DNA of 64,000 nt from Dehalococcoidia bacterium (GTDB taxonomy: Bacteria > Chloroflexota > Dehalococcoidia > Bin125), in assembly GCA_963663895.2 (NCBI GenBank), contig CAXXRD010000001.1, forward strand, positions 64,001-128,000, given 5' to 3'. The position numbers and the translations under genes were made by a program. Below, piece after piece: positions 54,534 through 64,000 of this stretch (positions are counted from its first letter, which is position 1; each line of letters opens with the position of its first letter). The notes below the pieces were generated by a model. That model made no database searches, had not been told where the DNA came from, and worked only from the letters and a program-made list of their open reading frames with translations.

Positions 54534-54756
54534 GGGAACCAGCCTCTGGTCGGCGGCGTTCTAGTAGGTAAGGAGGGCCCAGGTAGCGGGACCGAAGTTC
54601 CCCCCGCCCGCACTCTCGCGCCCCACGGCGGCTTGCCGCCCCAAGCACGAGAGCAACCCGTCGGTCCCGCTGCCCTCCCTTTTCAACCGACCCTACGTAC
54701 GCGGATATGTGACCGAGCCGCAGTGCCGACCGCTGCAGGAACAGGCTTCGATTCCC
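54534..54756 (-). ncRNA. Candidate rod-shaped structured RNA or palindromic element
   Basis: Nine nested helices found by eye, with G-U pairs favouring the minus strand (see findings). Confidence 0.45.
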
Positions 54757-54759
54757 CAG

Positions 54760-55638
54760 CTAACGGACGCCTGCCTTGTGCAAGAGCGGCTTCGTGTTGA
54801 CAACGTGTCCATCCAGCCCCAGCTTGTCTGGCTCGATCCCCATGGCCAGCCCGATGAGCTGCGGCAGGTGCAGAATCGGCAGATCGAGCTTGCGGTGAAC
54901 GACACGCGCGGCGTCGTACTGCTGCGCGTCAAGGTTGAGGTGACAGAGCGGACAGGGCGTGACCAGCGCATCGGCACCGCTGTCCTTCGCCTCACCCACG
55001 TGCCCACCCGCCATCGCAAGTGAGTTGCGCTTGTTTGTCGTGAGGATCGGGAAGCCGCAGCATTTCGTCATGCCGTCGTACGTCACGACGCTCGCCCCGA
55101 CCAACTCAATCGCCGATTCCAAGCTGCGACGCCGGTGGGGATGCTCTGCAAAGCCGAGGACGCGCTCCGGACGGAGGATGTAGCACCCGTAGAACGGACC
55201 GAGCTTCAGCTCCGCTAGCGGCCGCTTGATCAGGCTGCGAAGCCTGTCGTCTTCCAAATCCTCGAACAGGGCCCAAAGCAGGTGCCGCGGCTTCGTGTCG
55301 CCCGTATATTCCAAGCCTTCAGGCGCAAGGCGCTCGTTGATGCGAGCACGGTATTCCTCGTTCTCAAGCTTTTCGACAGCGAGGCTGTGCACGCCGATGC
55401 AGGTCGAGCATATATCAATCAGCGGCAAGCCCAACTTAGAGGCCATCGCCAGCGTGCGCGCGTTGAGAACATCCTGCAGGTAGGGATCGCCGTCGGAAAT
55501 GATTCCGGCGCCCGTGCAGGCAGCCGCCTCTAGCTCGACCAACTCCATGCCGATGTGCTCGGCGACCGCCTTGGTGGCGGTATAGAGCTCCGGAGCGGCG
55601 CCGCGAGAAACACAGCCGGGCCAGAAAGCGTACTTCAT
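54760..55638 (-). CDS. CCG-domain (HdrB-like) succinate dehydrogenase subunit SdhE
   Basis: YAFWPGC, CTGAG, CSTC, FYGC, KCCG, TPCPLCHLNLD. Confidence 0.88.
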   Translation of the reverse strand: MKYAFWPGCVSRGAAPELYTATKAVAEHIGMELVELEAAACTGAGIISDGDPYLQDVLNARTLAMASKLGLPLIDICSTCIGVHSLAVEKLENEEYRARINERLAPEGLEYTGDTKPRHLLWALFEDLEDDRLRSLIKRPLAELKLGPFYGCYILRPERVLGFAEHPHRRRSLESAIELVGASVVTYDGMTKCCGFPILTTNKRNSLAMAGGHVGEAKDSGADALVTPCPLCHLNLDAQQYDAARVVHRKLDLPILHLPQLIGLAMGIEPDKLGLDGHVVNTKPLLHKAGVR

Positions 55639-56672
55639 CAGTGCGCCATGAGCGCGGAAGACCGCTCTGCTGCGAAAGCCTCGGCATCCACAGCGCTTCG
55701 GGCTTTCTCTGCCTCGACTTCATCGAAGATACGGCGGATCTGTCGGCGGCCTTCGCGGTTCGCGCCGTGCCGCTTGGCGGCCATGATCAACTTGCGACTC
55801 TTCAGCAAGCGCAGCGCACCGGGCGTGTAGCCAATCAACTCCGGGATGGCCCCGAGACGGACGCCGGCCGAGAGGATCGGAAGAGTCGCCTCGTCCAAGC
55901 GGCCGCGTTTCCGCACGCCGCCCCGGAAAGCGTTGGAGTGCCGGGAGCCGTGATTATTGGTGATCCCCTCCCGCATCGCCTCGGTGCGGAGCTCCATGAT
56001 CGCGTCCATCGGCAGCACGTCCTTGGGACACGCCTCAATACACATGAAGCAACGCGTACAGTCCCAGATCCCGTGCTTCTCGGAGAGAAACTCCAGGCGC
56101 TCGTGTTTCTGGGAATCGCGGCTATCGAAGACGAAGCGGTAGGCCTTGGCCAGCGCCGCCGGACCGAGGAATTTAGGGTCGGCAGCAACCACCGTGCAGT
56201 CGGAGTAGCAGGCTCCGCAGTGGATGCAGGTCGCGGTATGGGACCAGCGGTCAAATTCCTCCTTGGCGGTGTGGTATTCCCGGGAAGGCGGGTCTTGGTC
56301 CGGAATCTCCTGCAGCCAGGTCTCCGCACGCTCAAACGCGTCCAGAAAGTTCGAGATGTCGACGACCAGGTCCTTAACAACCTTCTGATTGCCCATGGGC
56401 GCCACGCGAATTGGATCGCCCCGCTTGACGATATCGGTCACCTGGGTCTTGCAGGCCAGCATGCTGCGGCCGTTGACCTTCATCGCGCAGGAGCCACAGA
56501 TCGCGTGCCGACAGGACCACCGAAAAGAAAGCGTGCCGTCCTGCGCCCATTTAATGCCGTTCAGACAGTCAAGCACGGTCTGGCCGGGCTCGTACTCAGC
56601 GGTGAACTGCTGCTCGTAGCTGCGCTCCGTGACGGGATCGTAGCGCTCGATGACGAAGTCTTGCTTTGGCAC
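55638..56672 (-). CDS. sdhB: Succinate dehydrogenase/fumarate reductase Fe-S subunit
   Basis: SCRHAICGSC, CIHCGACYSDC, CTRCFMCIEACP. Confidence 0.94.
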   Translation of the reverse strand: MPKQDFVIERYDPVTERSYEQQFTAEYEPGQTVLDCLNGIKWAQDGTLSFRWSCRHAICGSCAMKVNGRSMLACKTQVTDIVKRGDPIRVAPMGNQKVVKDLVVDISNFLDAFERAETWLQEIPDQDPPSREYHTAKEEFDRWSHTATCIHCGACYSDCTVVAADPKFLGPAALAKAYRFVFDSRDSQKHERLEFLSEKHGIWDCTRCFMCIEACPKDVLPMDAIMELRTEAMREGITNNHGSRHSNAFRGGVRKRGRLDEATLPILSAGVRLGAIPELIGYTPGALRLLKSRKLIMAAKRHGANREGRRQIRRIFDEVEAEKARSAVDAEAFAAERSSALMAH

Positions 56673-56690
56673 CAGATATCTCCGCGCCGG

Positions 56691-58421
56691 CTAGTATCTG
56701 CGCTCTTCGAGCGGGAACGGATCGCGGTACTGCGGCTGCATGTTGACATCAGCATACGCGAGACGGGGGCCATCGTCCGTGCGGTAGGCAAGCGTGTGCT
56801 TGTGCCAGCGCTGGTCGTCACGGGTGGGGAAATCCTTGCGGAAGTGCCCGCCTCGACTCTCTTCACGCGCGAGGGCCCCCGTGACGATCACTTCCGCATA
56901 CTCCAGCATATGCCCGAGCTCGATCGCTTCGACGAGATCCGTATTGAACTGCCAACCCTTGTCGTCGATGGAGATCCGCTGGTAGCGCTCCTGCAGGTTC
57001 TTGAGCATGCGCAAGCAGTTCTCCAGCTGCGGTCTGGTGCGAAAGACTCCACAGTCGACCATCATCACCTCGCGCAGCTCTTGGCGAATGGCACCCGCGC
57101 GTTCTGGGCCGTCGCTCTTGAGTAGCCCATCGACCTCCGCAACAGCCCTCTGGAGATCACCCTCCTCGATACGCGTGGGCGCGAGATCCGGCACTGCGGT
57201 GCGGATCGCGCGCCCGGCACGCCGCCCGAAAACGACCGCTTCCAAGAGAGAGTTGGTCCCCAAGCGGTTCGCACCGTGCACGGAAACGCACGAGCACTCT
57301 CCGGCCGCGTAGAAGCCAACGATCGGCCTGTCATTCTGATCCTTGAGCCGCACCATCCCATCGACATCACAGGGGATCCCGCCCATTGAGTAGTGCGCGG
57401 TGGGTTGAATCGGCACAGGCGCTTGCAGCGGATCGATCCCCGCGAAGTCACGGGCCAGATGGAGCACGGAGGGCAGGGCGTAGCGAATACGCTCCTCTCC
57501 GATCGGACTGAAGTCCATGAACACGGAGTCCTTCTTATCGGTGACGCCGCGCCCTTCATCGATCTCGGTCTGCTCCGCGCGTGCAACGATGTCCCGGGGC
57601 GCGAGTTCCATGCGCTCGGGCGCATAATCCTCCATGAAGCGACGTCCCTCGGCATTGAGGATGTGCGCGCCCTCACCGCGGGCCGCTTCGCTCAGCAAAA
57701 TGCCGGAGCCCTGCAAACCGGTGGGGTGGAACTGCACGAACTCCATATCTTCCAGCGGGATGCCGGCCCGGTAAGCCATCACGATGCCGTCGCCGGTCGA
57801 GGCAGCGGCGTTGGTAGTGGTTTGGAAAGCGCGCCCGTAACCCCCGGTTGCGAACAGCACGGCCTTGGCTGCAATGGCGTCGATCTGCCCGGTGAGGATG
57901 TCGTAGACCACAATCCCCTGGCAAACGTTGTCACGCAGAACCAGGTCTAGGGCATACCACTCGCTATAGACCTTCACACCTCGACGGAAAAGCTGCTCAA
58001 ACAGGACCGTAAGCAGCGCGTGGCCCGTGCGATCGGCCGCGTAGACAGCCCGCGGCTGGGTATGGCCGCCGAAGCGCCGCTGCGCGATGAGGCCGTTTTC
58101 GAGGCGGGAGAAGGCGCATCCCCAATGCTCCAGCTCGAAGATGTTCTCCGGCGCTTCCCGGGCAAGGATCTCAGCCGCGTCCTGGTCGGCGAGGAAGTCG
58201 GCACCTTTGACGGTGTCGTACATGTGCAGTTCCCAGGAGTCCTCGTCATTGGAGTTATTGAGGGAAGCAGCGATCCCACCCTGCGCAGCACCGGAGTGAG
58301 AGCGCAGCGGATGAACCTTCGTGAGAAGCGCAACGTCGAGGTCGGGATCCTCACTCACCTCAAGCGCAGCGCGCATGCCAGCGAGACCCGAACCGACGAT
58401 GAGCACGCCATGTTCCAGCAA
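56691..58421 (-). CDS. sdhA: Succinate dehydrogenase/fumarate reductase flavoprotein
   Basis: GSGLAG, RSHSGAAQGG, FVQFHPT, HYSMGG, HGANRLGTNSL. Confidence 0.96.
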   Translation of the reverse strand: MLEHGVLIVGSGLAGMRAALEVSEDPDLDVALLTKVHPLRSHSGAAQGGIAASLNNSNDEDSWELHMYDTVKGADFLADQDAAEILAREAPENIFELEHWGCAFSRLENGLIAQRRFGGHTQPRAVYAADRTGHALLTVLFEQLFRRGVKVYSEWYALDLVLRDNVCQGIVVYDILTGQIDAIAAKAVLFATGGYGRAFQTTTNAAASTGDGIVMAYRAGIPLEDMEFVQFHPTGLQGSGILLSEAARGEGAHILNAEGRRFMEDYAPERMELAPRDIVARAEQTEIDEGRGVTDKKDSVFMDFSPIGEERIRYALPSVLHLARDFAGIDPLQAPVPIQPTAHYSMGGIPCDVDGMVRLKDQNDRPIVGFYAAGECSCVSVHGANRLGTNSLLEAVVFGRRAGRAIRTAVPDLAPTRIEEGDLQRAVAEVDGLLKSDGPERAGAIRQELREVMMVDCGVFRTRPQLENCLRMLKNLQERYQRISIDDKGWQFNTDLVEAIELGHMLEYAEVIVTGALAREESRGGHFRKDFPTRDDQRWHKHTLAYRTDDGPRLAYADVNMQPQYRDPFPLEERRY

Positions 58422-58566
58422 AGGCGATCGCCCTCCTCAATGCGCTCGGTCGTGATTCGGTCCTGATTCTCGCGGCTCAGATGCTATCACCGGCATTCGG
58501 ACCGTTCAATTAAAGTGGGAGGGTAGCGGTGGGAGGGCCGAACAGCTTAGCCAACGGTCGATACGA

Positions 58567-59154
58567 TCAATCGGCGCGGTAGTCCTGGATAGTCCGCACA
58601 CCACGCGAACCGATGGCGCTTAGTGCGAGCGAGTGGAGCATCAGCAGGGACTTCGCATCCTCGACTTCGCCTTCCCGAACAAGCTGCATGCTCTCCTCAA
58701 GCGTATAGCGTTCCACGAAGAGCAACTCGTCTTCATCGGGGCGTGCCGGCACGCGCGTGCAATCACGCGCGAGGTAGCCATGCATGTACTCCGTGGCCCA
58801 GCCCGGCGAAATCCAAAAGCGGTGCACTCTCTCCAGCCGACCAGGCCGCAGCCCCACCTCCTCCTCCAACTCTCGCGCAGCAGCGATCTGGGGGTCTTCA
58901 CCAGCGTCCAGGGTACCTGCGGGCAGCTCGAGCAGAGCGCACTCCGCCGGCGTCCGCCACTGGCGGACGAATGGGATCATGCCTCCGGCTTCCAGCGCGA
59001 GGATCACGACGGAGCCAGGATGCTCCACCACCTCACGCTGCGCAGTCCGTCCGTCTGGGAGGCGGACGCTATCGCGCCGGAGCCTGAGAACCTGACCGTC
59101 GTAGAGGCGCTCGCTGCTTGCGGTCTCCTCGCGGAGCGCGTCAGCGGGGGGCAC
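58567..59154 (-). CDS. NUDIX hydrolase (ADP-ribose pyrophosphatase-like)
   Basis: REVVEHPGSV, ELPAG...AAARELEEEVG, SPG, DAKS. Confidence 0.9.
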   Translation of the reverse strand: MPPADALREETASSERLYDGQVLRLRRDSVRLPDGRTAQREVVEHPGSVVILALEAGGMIPFVRQWRTPAECALLELPAGTLDAGEDPQIAAARELEEEVGLRPGRLERVHRFWISPGWATEYMHGYLARDCTRVPARPDEDELLFVERYTLEESMQLVREGEVEDAKSLLMLHSLALSAIGSRGVRTIQDYRAD

Positions 59155-59641
59155 GCGAGCGAAGATCGATGGCGACGGCGATCTCGTCGCAGCGGGCATA
59201 CTTGGGACAGCGCAGGCACTCATTCCAGACCTTGAGGGGGAAGCTGGAAACGGCGGCCTGCGTAAAGCCGCACTTCTCAAAGAACTCCGGACTGGTGGTG
59301 AGCGCGAAGACTGTCTTCATATCGAGTTCGACCGCCTCGTCCAAGCACGCCTCCACCACCAGAGAGCCGAGACCTTGCCCTTGATACTCGGGAGCAACCA
59401 CGAGTGACTTGATCTCCGCCAGGTCCTTCCACTCGATATGGAGGGCGCCTGCCGCGGCAATGCGGTCTTCATCGCGTACGACAACGAAGTCTCGCAATGT
59501 TTCGTAGATCTCACCCTCAGTCCGCGGCAGGACCACGTCCGTCTGGACCCAATAATCGATCAGCCGCCGGATCGCGCCGACATCGTCAACGCGGGCTTTC
59601 TCCGCCAAAAGCCGACTAGCAGGGGATTGAGTGACGGTCAT
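59141..59641 (-). CDS. GNAT N-acetyltransferase (short ArgA-like)
   Basis: LPR...IYETLRDF, LAEIKSLVV, VFALT, PLKVWNEC..C...CDE. Confidence 0.87.
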   Translation of the reverse strand: MTVTQSPASRLLAEKARVDDVGAIRRLIDYWVQTDVVLPRTEGEIYETLRDFVVVRDEDRIAAAGALHIEWKDLAEIKSLVVAPEYQGQGLGSLVVEACLDEAVELDMKTVFALTTSPEFFEKCGFTQAAVSSFPLKVWNECLRCPKYARCDEIAVAIDLRSRAPR

Positions 59642-59754
59642 GGCCTTCGAGATCACAACGCCTCGCTGCGGCGAGCGCGGTTCTGTCCTCTTAAGGTAGC
59701 CCATGCGCGATTGAAGCGCCGTCGCTCGCGCAACGCTCTCTCCCGAAGATCGCT

Positions 59755-60648
59755 CTAGGAATCTCCCTTGGGAGACGAGGAGTGTGCGGCCGCGTCGTCG
59801 AGCCAGCCGAGGCGGCGACCGAGCTGCCCGTAAAAGGGATCGTTCCAGAAGCGCAGCAGGCGCGCGACATGACTGCTCCGTTTGACACCGACCGTGCTCG
59901 TCCCGCTCATCTCGTGCTGGCCCTGACCGTCGATGCTGAGCGCGGTGGTTCCCTCTGTCACAGCCGACAGATCGATCACGGCATTGTCCGGCAATACGAT
60001 CGGCGCGGCGGTTGCGAGATGGGACGCGACCGGCGTGACCACGAGACTGCGGGAAAGCGGATGGAGAACGGGCCCACCAGCCGACAGTGAATAGCCCGTG
60101 CTCCCGGTCGCCGTAGCAACGATCACGGCATCGGCGGTGATCACCCCGATGAGATCACCATCGACATGGACGTTCACCGCGATCGGGCGACCTACCGACT
60201 GCCGGCCTACGATCACGTCGTTGAGCGCTTGCACGTGCCGAGGCGCGTCCGCAGCGGCGAATCCGCTCATCCGCACGTCGATCATCGCGCGCTCCTCGAT
60301 CCGGCCGTGTCCTTGAAGCACCTGGGGAAGCCGCTCCAAAAGCTGCGGAGCGGTGCACTCGGTGAGAAACGCGACCCGTCCCATATCCACGCCGAGGATC
60401 GGAATCGCGTACGGGATCACCGCGCGCGCCGCGCGCAGGACCGTCCCGTCGCCGCCCAGGCAGATCAGCAGGTCCGTGCCCGGAAGATCACGCGTTGATG
60501 CGACGGGATCGAAAGCGGAGGCCACCCAAACGGCACGACCACCGCCTTCCACACTCTCAATATGCTTGCGCAATTGCTCGGCGAACGTCCGAGCAGGAAG
60601 GTGCGTAGGGTGGTGGTAGATCCCGACCGTACCGTACTCACCGGTCAT
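59755..60648 (-). CDS. nadK: NAD kinase
   Basis: LGGDGTVL, ALND, ATATGSTGYSLSAGGP. Confidence 0.94.
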   Translation of the reverse strand: MTGEYGTVGIYHHPTHLPARTFAEQLRKHIESVEGGGRAVWVASAFDPVASTRDLPGTDLLICLGGDGTVLRAARAVIPYAIPILGVDMGRVAFLTECTAPQLLERLPQVLQGHGRIEERAMIDVRMSGFAAADAPRHVQALNDVIVGRQSVGRPIAVNVHVDGDLIGVITADAVIVATATGSTGYSLSAGGPVLHPLSRSLVVTPVASHLATAAPIVLPDNAVIDLSAVTEGTTALSIDGQGQHEMSGTSTVGVKRSSHVARLLRFWNDPFYGQLGRRLGWLDDAAAHSSSPKGDS

Positions 60649-61390
60649 AAGCGTTCCCCTTCGCACGGGGCGTACGCATCCACAGTAAGCATTCTCGATT
60701 GCCGTTTGCGCCTCGAATGGGCGAAGCGAGTATGCCTCCTATGCGCCACGCACGATCCCGGGCCGTCCCCGCCACGGCTGCGACGGCAGCCGCCCGGTAG
60801 CCAGGGTCACGGACGACGCCGCAATAATCGACTGCCGACCGCTCCACTTCAAACTGCGGCTTAACCAACACAATGACATCGGCACCGGGTTGAGCGACCG
60901 CCTCGATCGCAGGCAGAACCGCCGTCGCCGAAATGAACGCGAGATCCACAGTGACGAGTTCGGGAGGCGGATCCAACACTGAGAGCGCGCGCGCATTGGT
61001 TCCGTCCATGATCACCACTCGCTCATCACGCGACAAACGATCGTGCAATTGTCCCTTGCCAACATCGACCGCGTAGACACGCGCCGCTCCACGCTGCAAG
61101 AGGAGGTCCGTGAAGCCCCCCGTACTGGCTCCTAAGTCGGCGCACACACGGCCGCTGACCCCGAGCGGCCACGCCTCTAGCGCAGCCCGCAGCTTCAGTC
61201 CGCCCCGTGAAACGAATTCCTTATCGGGAGTCAGGGTGAGTGCGACATCGGCGTCGAGTTGCATGCCGGGTTTGTCGTAAACCCGCGCCCGACCGTACAC
61301 GCGCCCGGCCATGATCAGCGCGCGTGCTCGTGCGAGCGTGGACGCAAATCCACGGTCGATGAGGATCTGATCAAGCCGACGTTTCGGCAC
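60638..61390 (-). CDS. tlyA: TlyA-family rRNA methyltransferase
   Basis: KRRLD, FVSRGGLKL, DLGASTGGFTD, LVKPQFE. Confidence 0.94.
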   Translation of the reverse strand: MPKRRLDQILIDRGFASTLARARALIMAGRVYGRARVYDKPGMQLDADVALTLTPDKEFVSRGGLKLRAALEAWPLGVSGRVCADLGASTGGFTDLLLQRGAARVYAVDVGKGQLHDRLSRDERVVIMDGTNARALSVLDPPPELVTVDLAFISATAVLPAIEAVAQPGADVIVLVKPQFEVERSAVDYCGVVRDPGYRAAAVAAVAGTARDRAWRIGGILASPIRGANGNRECLLWMRTPRAKGNAYDR

Positions 61391-61437
61391 GCCGTCAGCC
61401 TAGCAAGGTGAGGAGCTAAGAACCGACGTCCGGACGC

Positions 61438-62784
61438 CTAGGCGCTCTCCTGTTGTAGGAGTCCGTCATCTGACTCAGCGGGCTCGCCGGGTTCGCTTTC
61501 CAAAGTGCGGAGCTCTATGGGCAAACCAGCCTCGGTGAAGAGGAGCGGACGCTGGCCCTGCAAGACCGTCTCCGCGCCCACCACGCACTTGCGCACCTCC
61601 GGACGACTTGGGATATCGAACATCACGTCCAGCAACAGGTCCTCGATCACCGTGCGGAGACCGCGCGCGCCCGTATGCTCCCGCAGCGCGACATCCGCGA
61701 TCGCTTCCAGAGCTTTAGAGGGAAGCACCAACTCTACATCGTCGAGGGCAAGAAAGCGCTCGAACTGGCGCACGAGGGCGTTCTTCGGATCGGTGAGTAT
61801 GTGGACCAAGTCATCCCGGCCCAGCGGATCCAGCGCGACGGCCAGCGGAAGTCGCCCCACGAACTCCGGAATGAGCCCGTACTTGAGCAGGTCGTCGTGC
61901 GTAACCTCCCGCAGCAGGTTCTCCTCTCGACCGGCAGCCGTGGAATGCGAGGCGCCAAAGCCGAGCGTGCGGCTGCGCCCGACCCGCCGGTCGATGATGG
62001 CCGCAAGACCCTCGAACGCTCCGCCACAGATGAAAAGGATCTTCGACGTGTCGATCTGGATGAAGTCCTGGTGCGGGTGCTTGCGACCGCCCTGCGGCGG
62101 CACCGATGCCACCGTGCCCTCAATGATCTTAAGCAACGCTTGCTGCACCCCTTCGCCGGAGACATCGCGCGTGATAGAGGGATTGTCAGCTTTGCGCGCG
62201 ACCTTATCGATCTCGTCGATGTAGACGATGCCGCGCTCCGCACGCTGCACGTCGTAGTCCGCAGCCTGAATAAGGTGCAGCAAAATGTTCTCGACGTCCT
62301 CGCCAACGTAACCAGCCTCCGTCAGAGCCGTCGCATCCGCGATCGAGAACGGGACGTCGAGAATGCGAGCTAACGTGCGCGCCAAGAGCGTCTTCCCCGA
62401 CCCCGTCGGCCCCACCAGCAGGATGTTGCTCTTCTCCAACTCCACATCGGCAGTATTCGCATCGCTCTCTGCGATCCGCTTGTAGTGGTTGTAGACGGCG
62501 ACCGCCAGGACCTTCTTCGCCTGCTCCTGGCCGACGACGTACTCCGCCAGCCGTTCGTAGATCTCCTGGGGCGGAAGCGGCTTCGCGGGGGCAGCAGCGG
62601 CCTTGGTACGCGTCGTCGCGGAGCTGCCAGCCTCCTCGACGATGATCTCCCGACAGAGCTCCACGCATTCGTCGCAGATATAGACCGCACCAGGACCAGC
62701 GATCAGGCGCTTAACCTGATCTTGGTTCTTGCCACAAAACGAGCAGTGATACTGAACGCGGCTGCCGCCAGTGTTGTCCGCCAC
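61438..62784 (-). CDS. clpX: ATP-dependent Clp protease ATPase ClpX
   Basis: CSFCGK zinc finger, [24 protein letters not shown]. Confidence 0.98.
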   Translation of the reverse strand: MADNTGGSRVQYHCSFCGKNQDQVKRLIAGPGAVYICDECVELCREIIVEEAGSSATTRTKAAAAPAKPLPPQEIYERLAEYVVGQEQAKKVLAVAVYNHYKRIAESDANTADVELEKSNILLVGPTGSGKTLLARTLARILDVPFSIADATALTEAGYVGEDVENILLHLIQAADYDVQRAERGIVYIDEIDKVARKADNPSITRDVSGEGVQQALLKIIEGTVASVPPQGGRKHPHQDFIQIDTSKILFICGGAFEGLAAIIDRRVGRSRTLGFGASHSTAAGREENLLREVTHDDLLKYGLIPEFVGRLPLAVALDPLGRDDLVHILTDPKNALVRQFERFLALDDVELVLPSKALEAIADVALREHTGARGLRTVIEDLLLDVMFDIPSRPEVRKCVVGAETVLQGQRPLLFTEAGLPIELRTLESEPGEPAESDDGLLQQESA

Positions 62785-62811
62785 GCGCCTGTCCTTCGTC
62801 GCCCTGCGCCG

Positions 62812-63462
62812 CTAAGAAGCGGCCCGGACTTCCGAGTCCTTCTCCTGCTCGTGCAGGACATCGTCGACGAGACCGTAGTCCTTTGCGCCCTGCGCATCGA
62901 GATAAAAGTCGCGGTCGGTATCGCGCGTAATCACCTCAAGGCCCTGACCGGTGTGCCGAGCCAGAATCCCGCGAATGATCTCGTTGTTACGCAGAATCTC
63001 CTTTGCCGCGATCTCGATATCAGACGCCTGGCCGCGCGCGCCCCCCATCGCTTGATGCATATGGATGGTGGCGTTCGGCAGAGCGTAGCGCTTCCCAGGC
63101 GCGCCCGCCGCCAGGAGCACGGTCCCCATCGAAGCGGACATCCCCACACAGATCGTCGACACGTCGGGCCGAATCAATTGCATCGTGTCGTAAACCGCCA
63201 GTCCAGCCGAGATCACGCCGCCGGGGCTGTGAATATAAGCGTTAATGTCCCGATCGGGATCTTCCCGCTCGAGATAAAGGAGCTGCGCGATGATCAGGTT
63301 CGCGATCTGATCATCAATGGGCGTGCCAATGAAAATAATCCGCTCTCGCAGGAGCAAGGAGTAGATGTCATAGGCCCGTTCGCCACGGCTCGATGTCTCT
63401 ACAACCATCGGCACGATGTTCTTGATAGGGGTTTGGGGAGGCATCTGATCCAGGGGCGTCAT
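62812..63462 (-). CDS. clpP: ATP-dependent Clp protease proteolytic subunit
   Basis: [29 protein letters not shown]. Confidence 0.97.
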   Translation of the reverse strand: MTPLDQMPPQTPIKNIVPMVVETSSRGERAYDIYSLLLRERIIFIGTPIDDQIANLIIAQLLYLEREDPDRDINAYIHSPGGVISAGLAVYDTMQLIRPDVSTICVGMSASMGTVLLAAGAPGKRYALPNATIHMHQAMGGARGQASDIEIAAKEILRNNEIIRGILARHTGQGLEVITRDTDRDFYLDAQGAKDYGLVDDVLHEQEKDSEVRAAS

Positions 63463-64000
63463 TCGGTCTCCTTCGCCGCGTCTTCGATCGGGGTCTCATT
63501 GGCAGGCTCTGCCGAATGCCCGTCCGCCGGTGGCATCTCTCCATCCGCCGCTCCGGGCTGCTCGGCGATCGAGGCGAGCCGTTCCAGCGTACGCTTCGTC
63601 GTTAGATTCTGACGGAGAACCGCCCGGCCCGCTTCCGTGTCGAAGGCGGCGCGGACTTGTTCCCCCTCCGGTCCTTGACCAGCCATACGGGCGATTTCGG
63701 CATCGATATCAGCGTCGCTCACCTCGATCGATTCGGCTTCCGCGACTTCCGCGATCAAGATGCTGCGGAGCACGCGCTTGGAGGCTTCCGGTCGCAAGCG
63801 CTGTGCAAGCTCTTGCGGATCGCTTTCCAGAGCTTGGAGGTACGCCTCCAAGCTCTGGCCTTGCCCCCGCGCCGCGTCCGTGAGCATGTGCTCGATCTCG
63901 CGGTCCACGAGCAGCGCCGGATATTCGACCGTCGCCTGCGCCGCCAGCGCGTCGAGCAGCGCGTCGCTGAAATCAGCTTCCACGCGCTGCTCCAGTCCGG
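63459..64000 (-). CDS. tig: Trigger factor, C-terminal part (5' end outside the window)
   Basis: [11 protein letters not shown]...EASKRV...[16 protein letters not shown]; tig-clpP-clpX synteny. Confidence 0.88.
   Translation of the reverse strand, partial: GLEQRVEADFSDALLDALAAQATVEYPALLVDREIEHMLTDAARGQGQSLEAYLQALESDPQELAQRLRPEASKRVLRSILIAEVAEAESIEVSDADIDAEIARMAGQGPEGEQVRAAFDTEAGRAVLRQNLTTKRTLERLASIAEQPGAADGEMPPADGHSAEPANETPIEDAAKETE

Noticed and set aside
54744-54762. T-arm-like GGCTTCGATTCCCC (tRNA/tmRNA 3' fragment)
   Set aside because: It has no acceptor stem or CCA and overlaps the sdhE stop, so it is probably coincidental.

Overview
High-GC bacterial chromosome segment whose gene content and order suggest Chloroflexota/Dehalococcoidia (inference). 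Most of it is core genome: mutase, rimM-khpA-rpsP, ffh, gap, eno, xerD, uvrC, gatB, secG, fmt, rplY, a carboxyltransferase-aconitase-mdh-fumC block, a type E (CCG-subunit) succinate dehydrogenase, nadK, tlyA and tig-clpP-clpX, plus 12 tRNA genes. Accessory material lies next to the tRNAs. After tRNA-Val(TAC) there is a zinc ABC operon with a Zur/Fur-like box, whose binding protein has a complete AztD-like metallochaperone nested in its His-rich loop, followed by a haloalkane dehalogenase. An HNH nuclease, a peroxiredoxin-like gene and an MFS gene lie between tRNA-Cys and tRNA-Leu(TAA). After tRNA-Leu(TAA) there is a decayed P4-like island: a secreted protease with four FN3-like WxxW[S/G] repeats, integrase and AlpA remnants, a stand-alone WYL protein and a DUF5677/HEPN-like protein. 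Other notable signals are a ~223-nt strand-biased rod-like RNA structure after the sdh operon, a structured leader before kamA, a probably inactive DUF5677-like homolog between eno and gap, tRNA-Arg(GCG), a CTG start codon, and a local cluster of frameshifts at 44.2-45.4 kb. No CRISPR array or rRNA was seen. All family calls come from motif recognition by eye; no database search was run.
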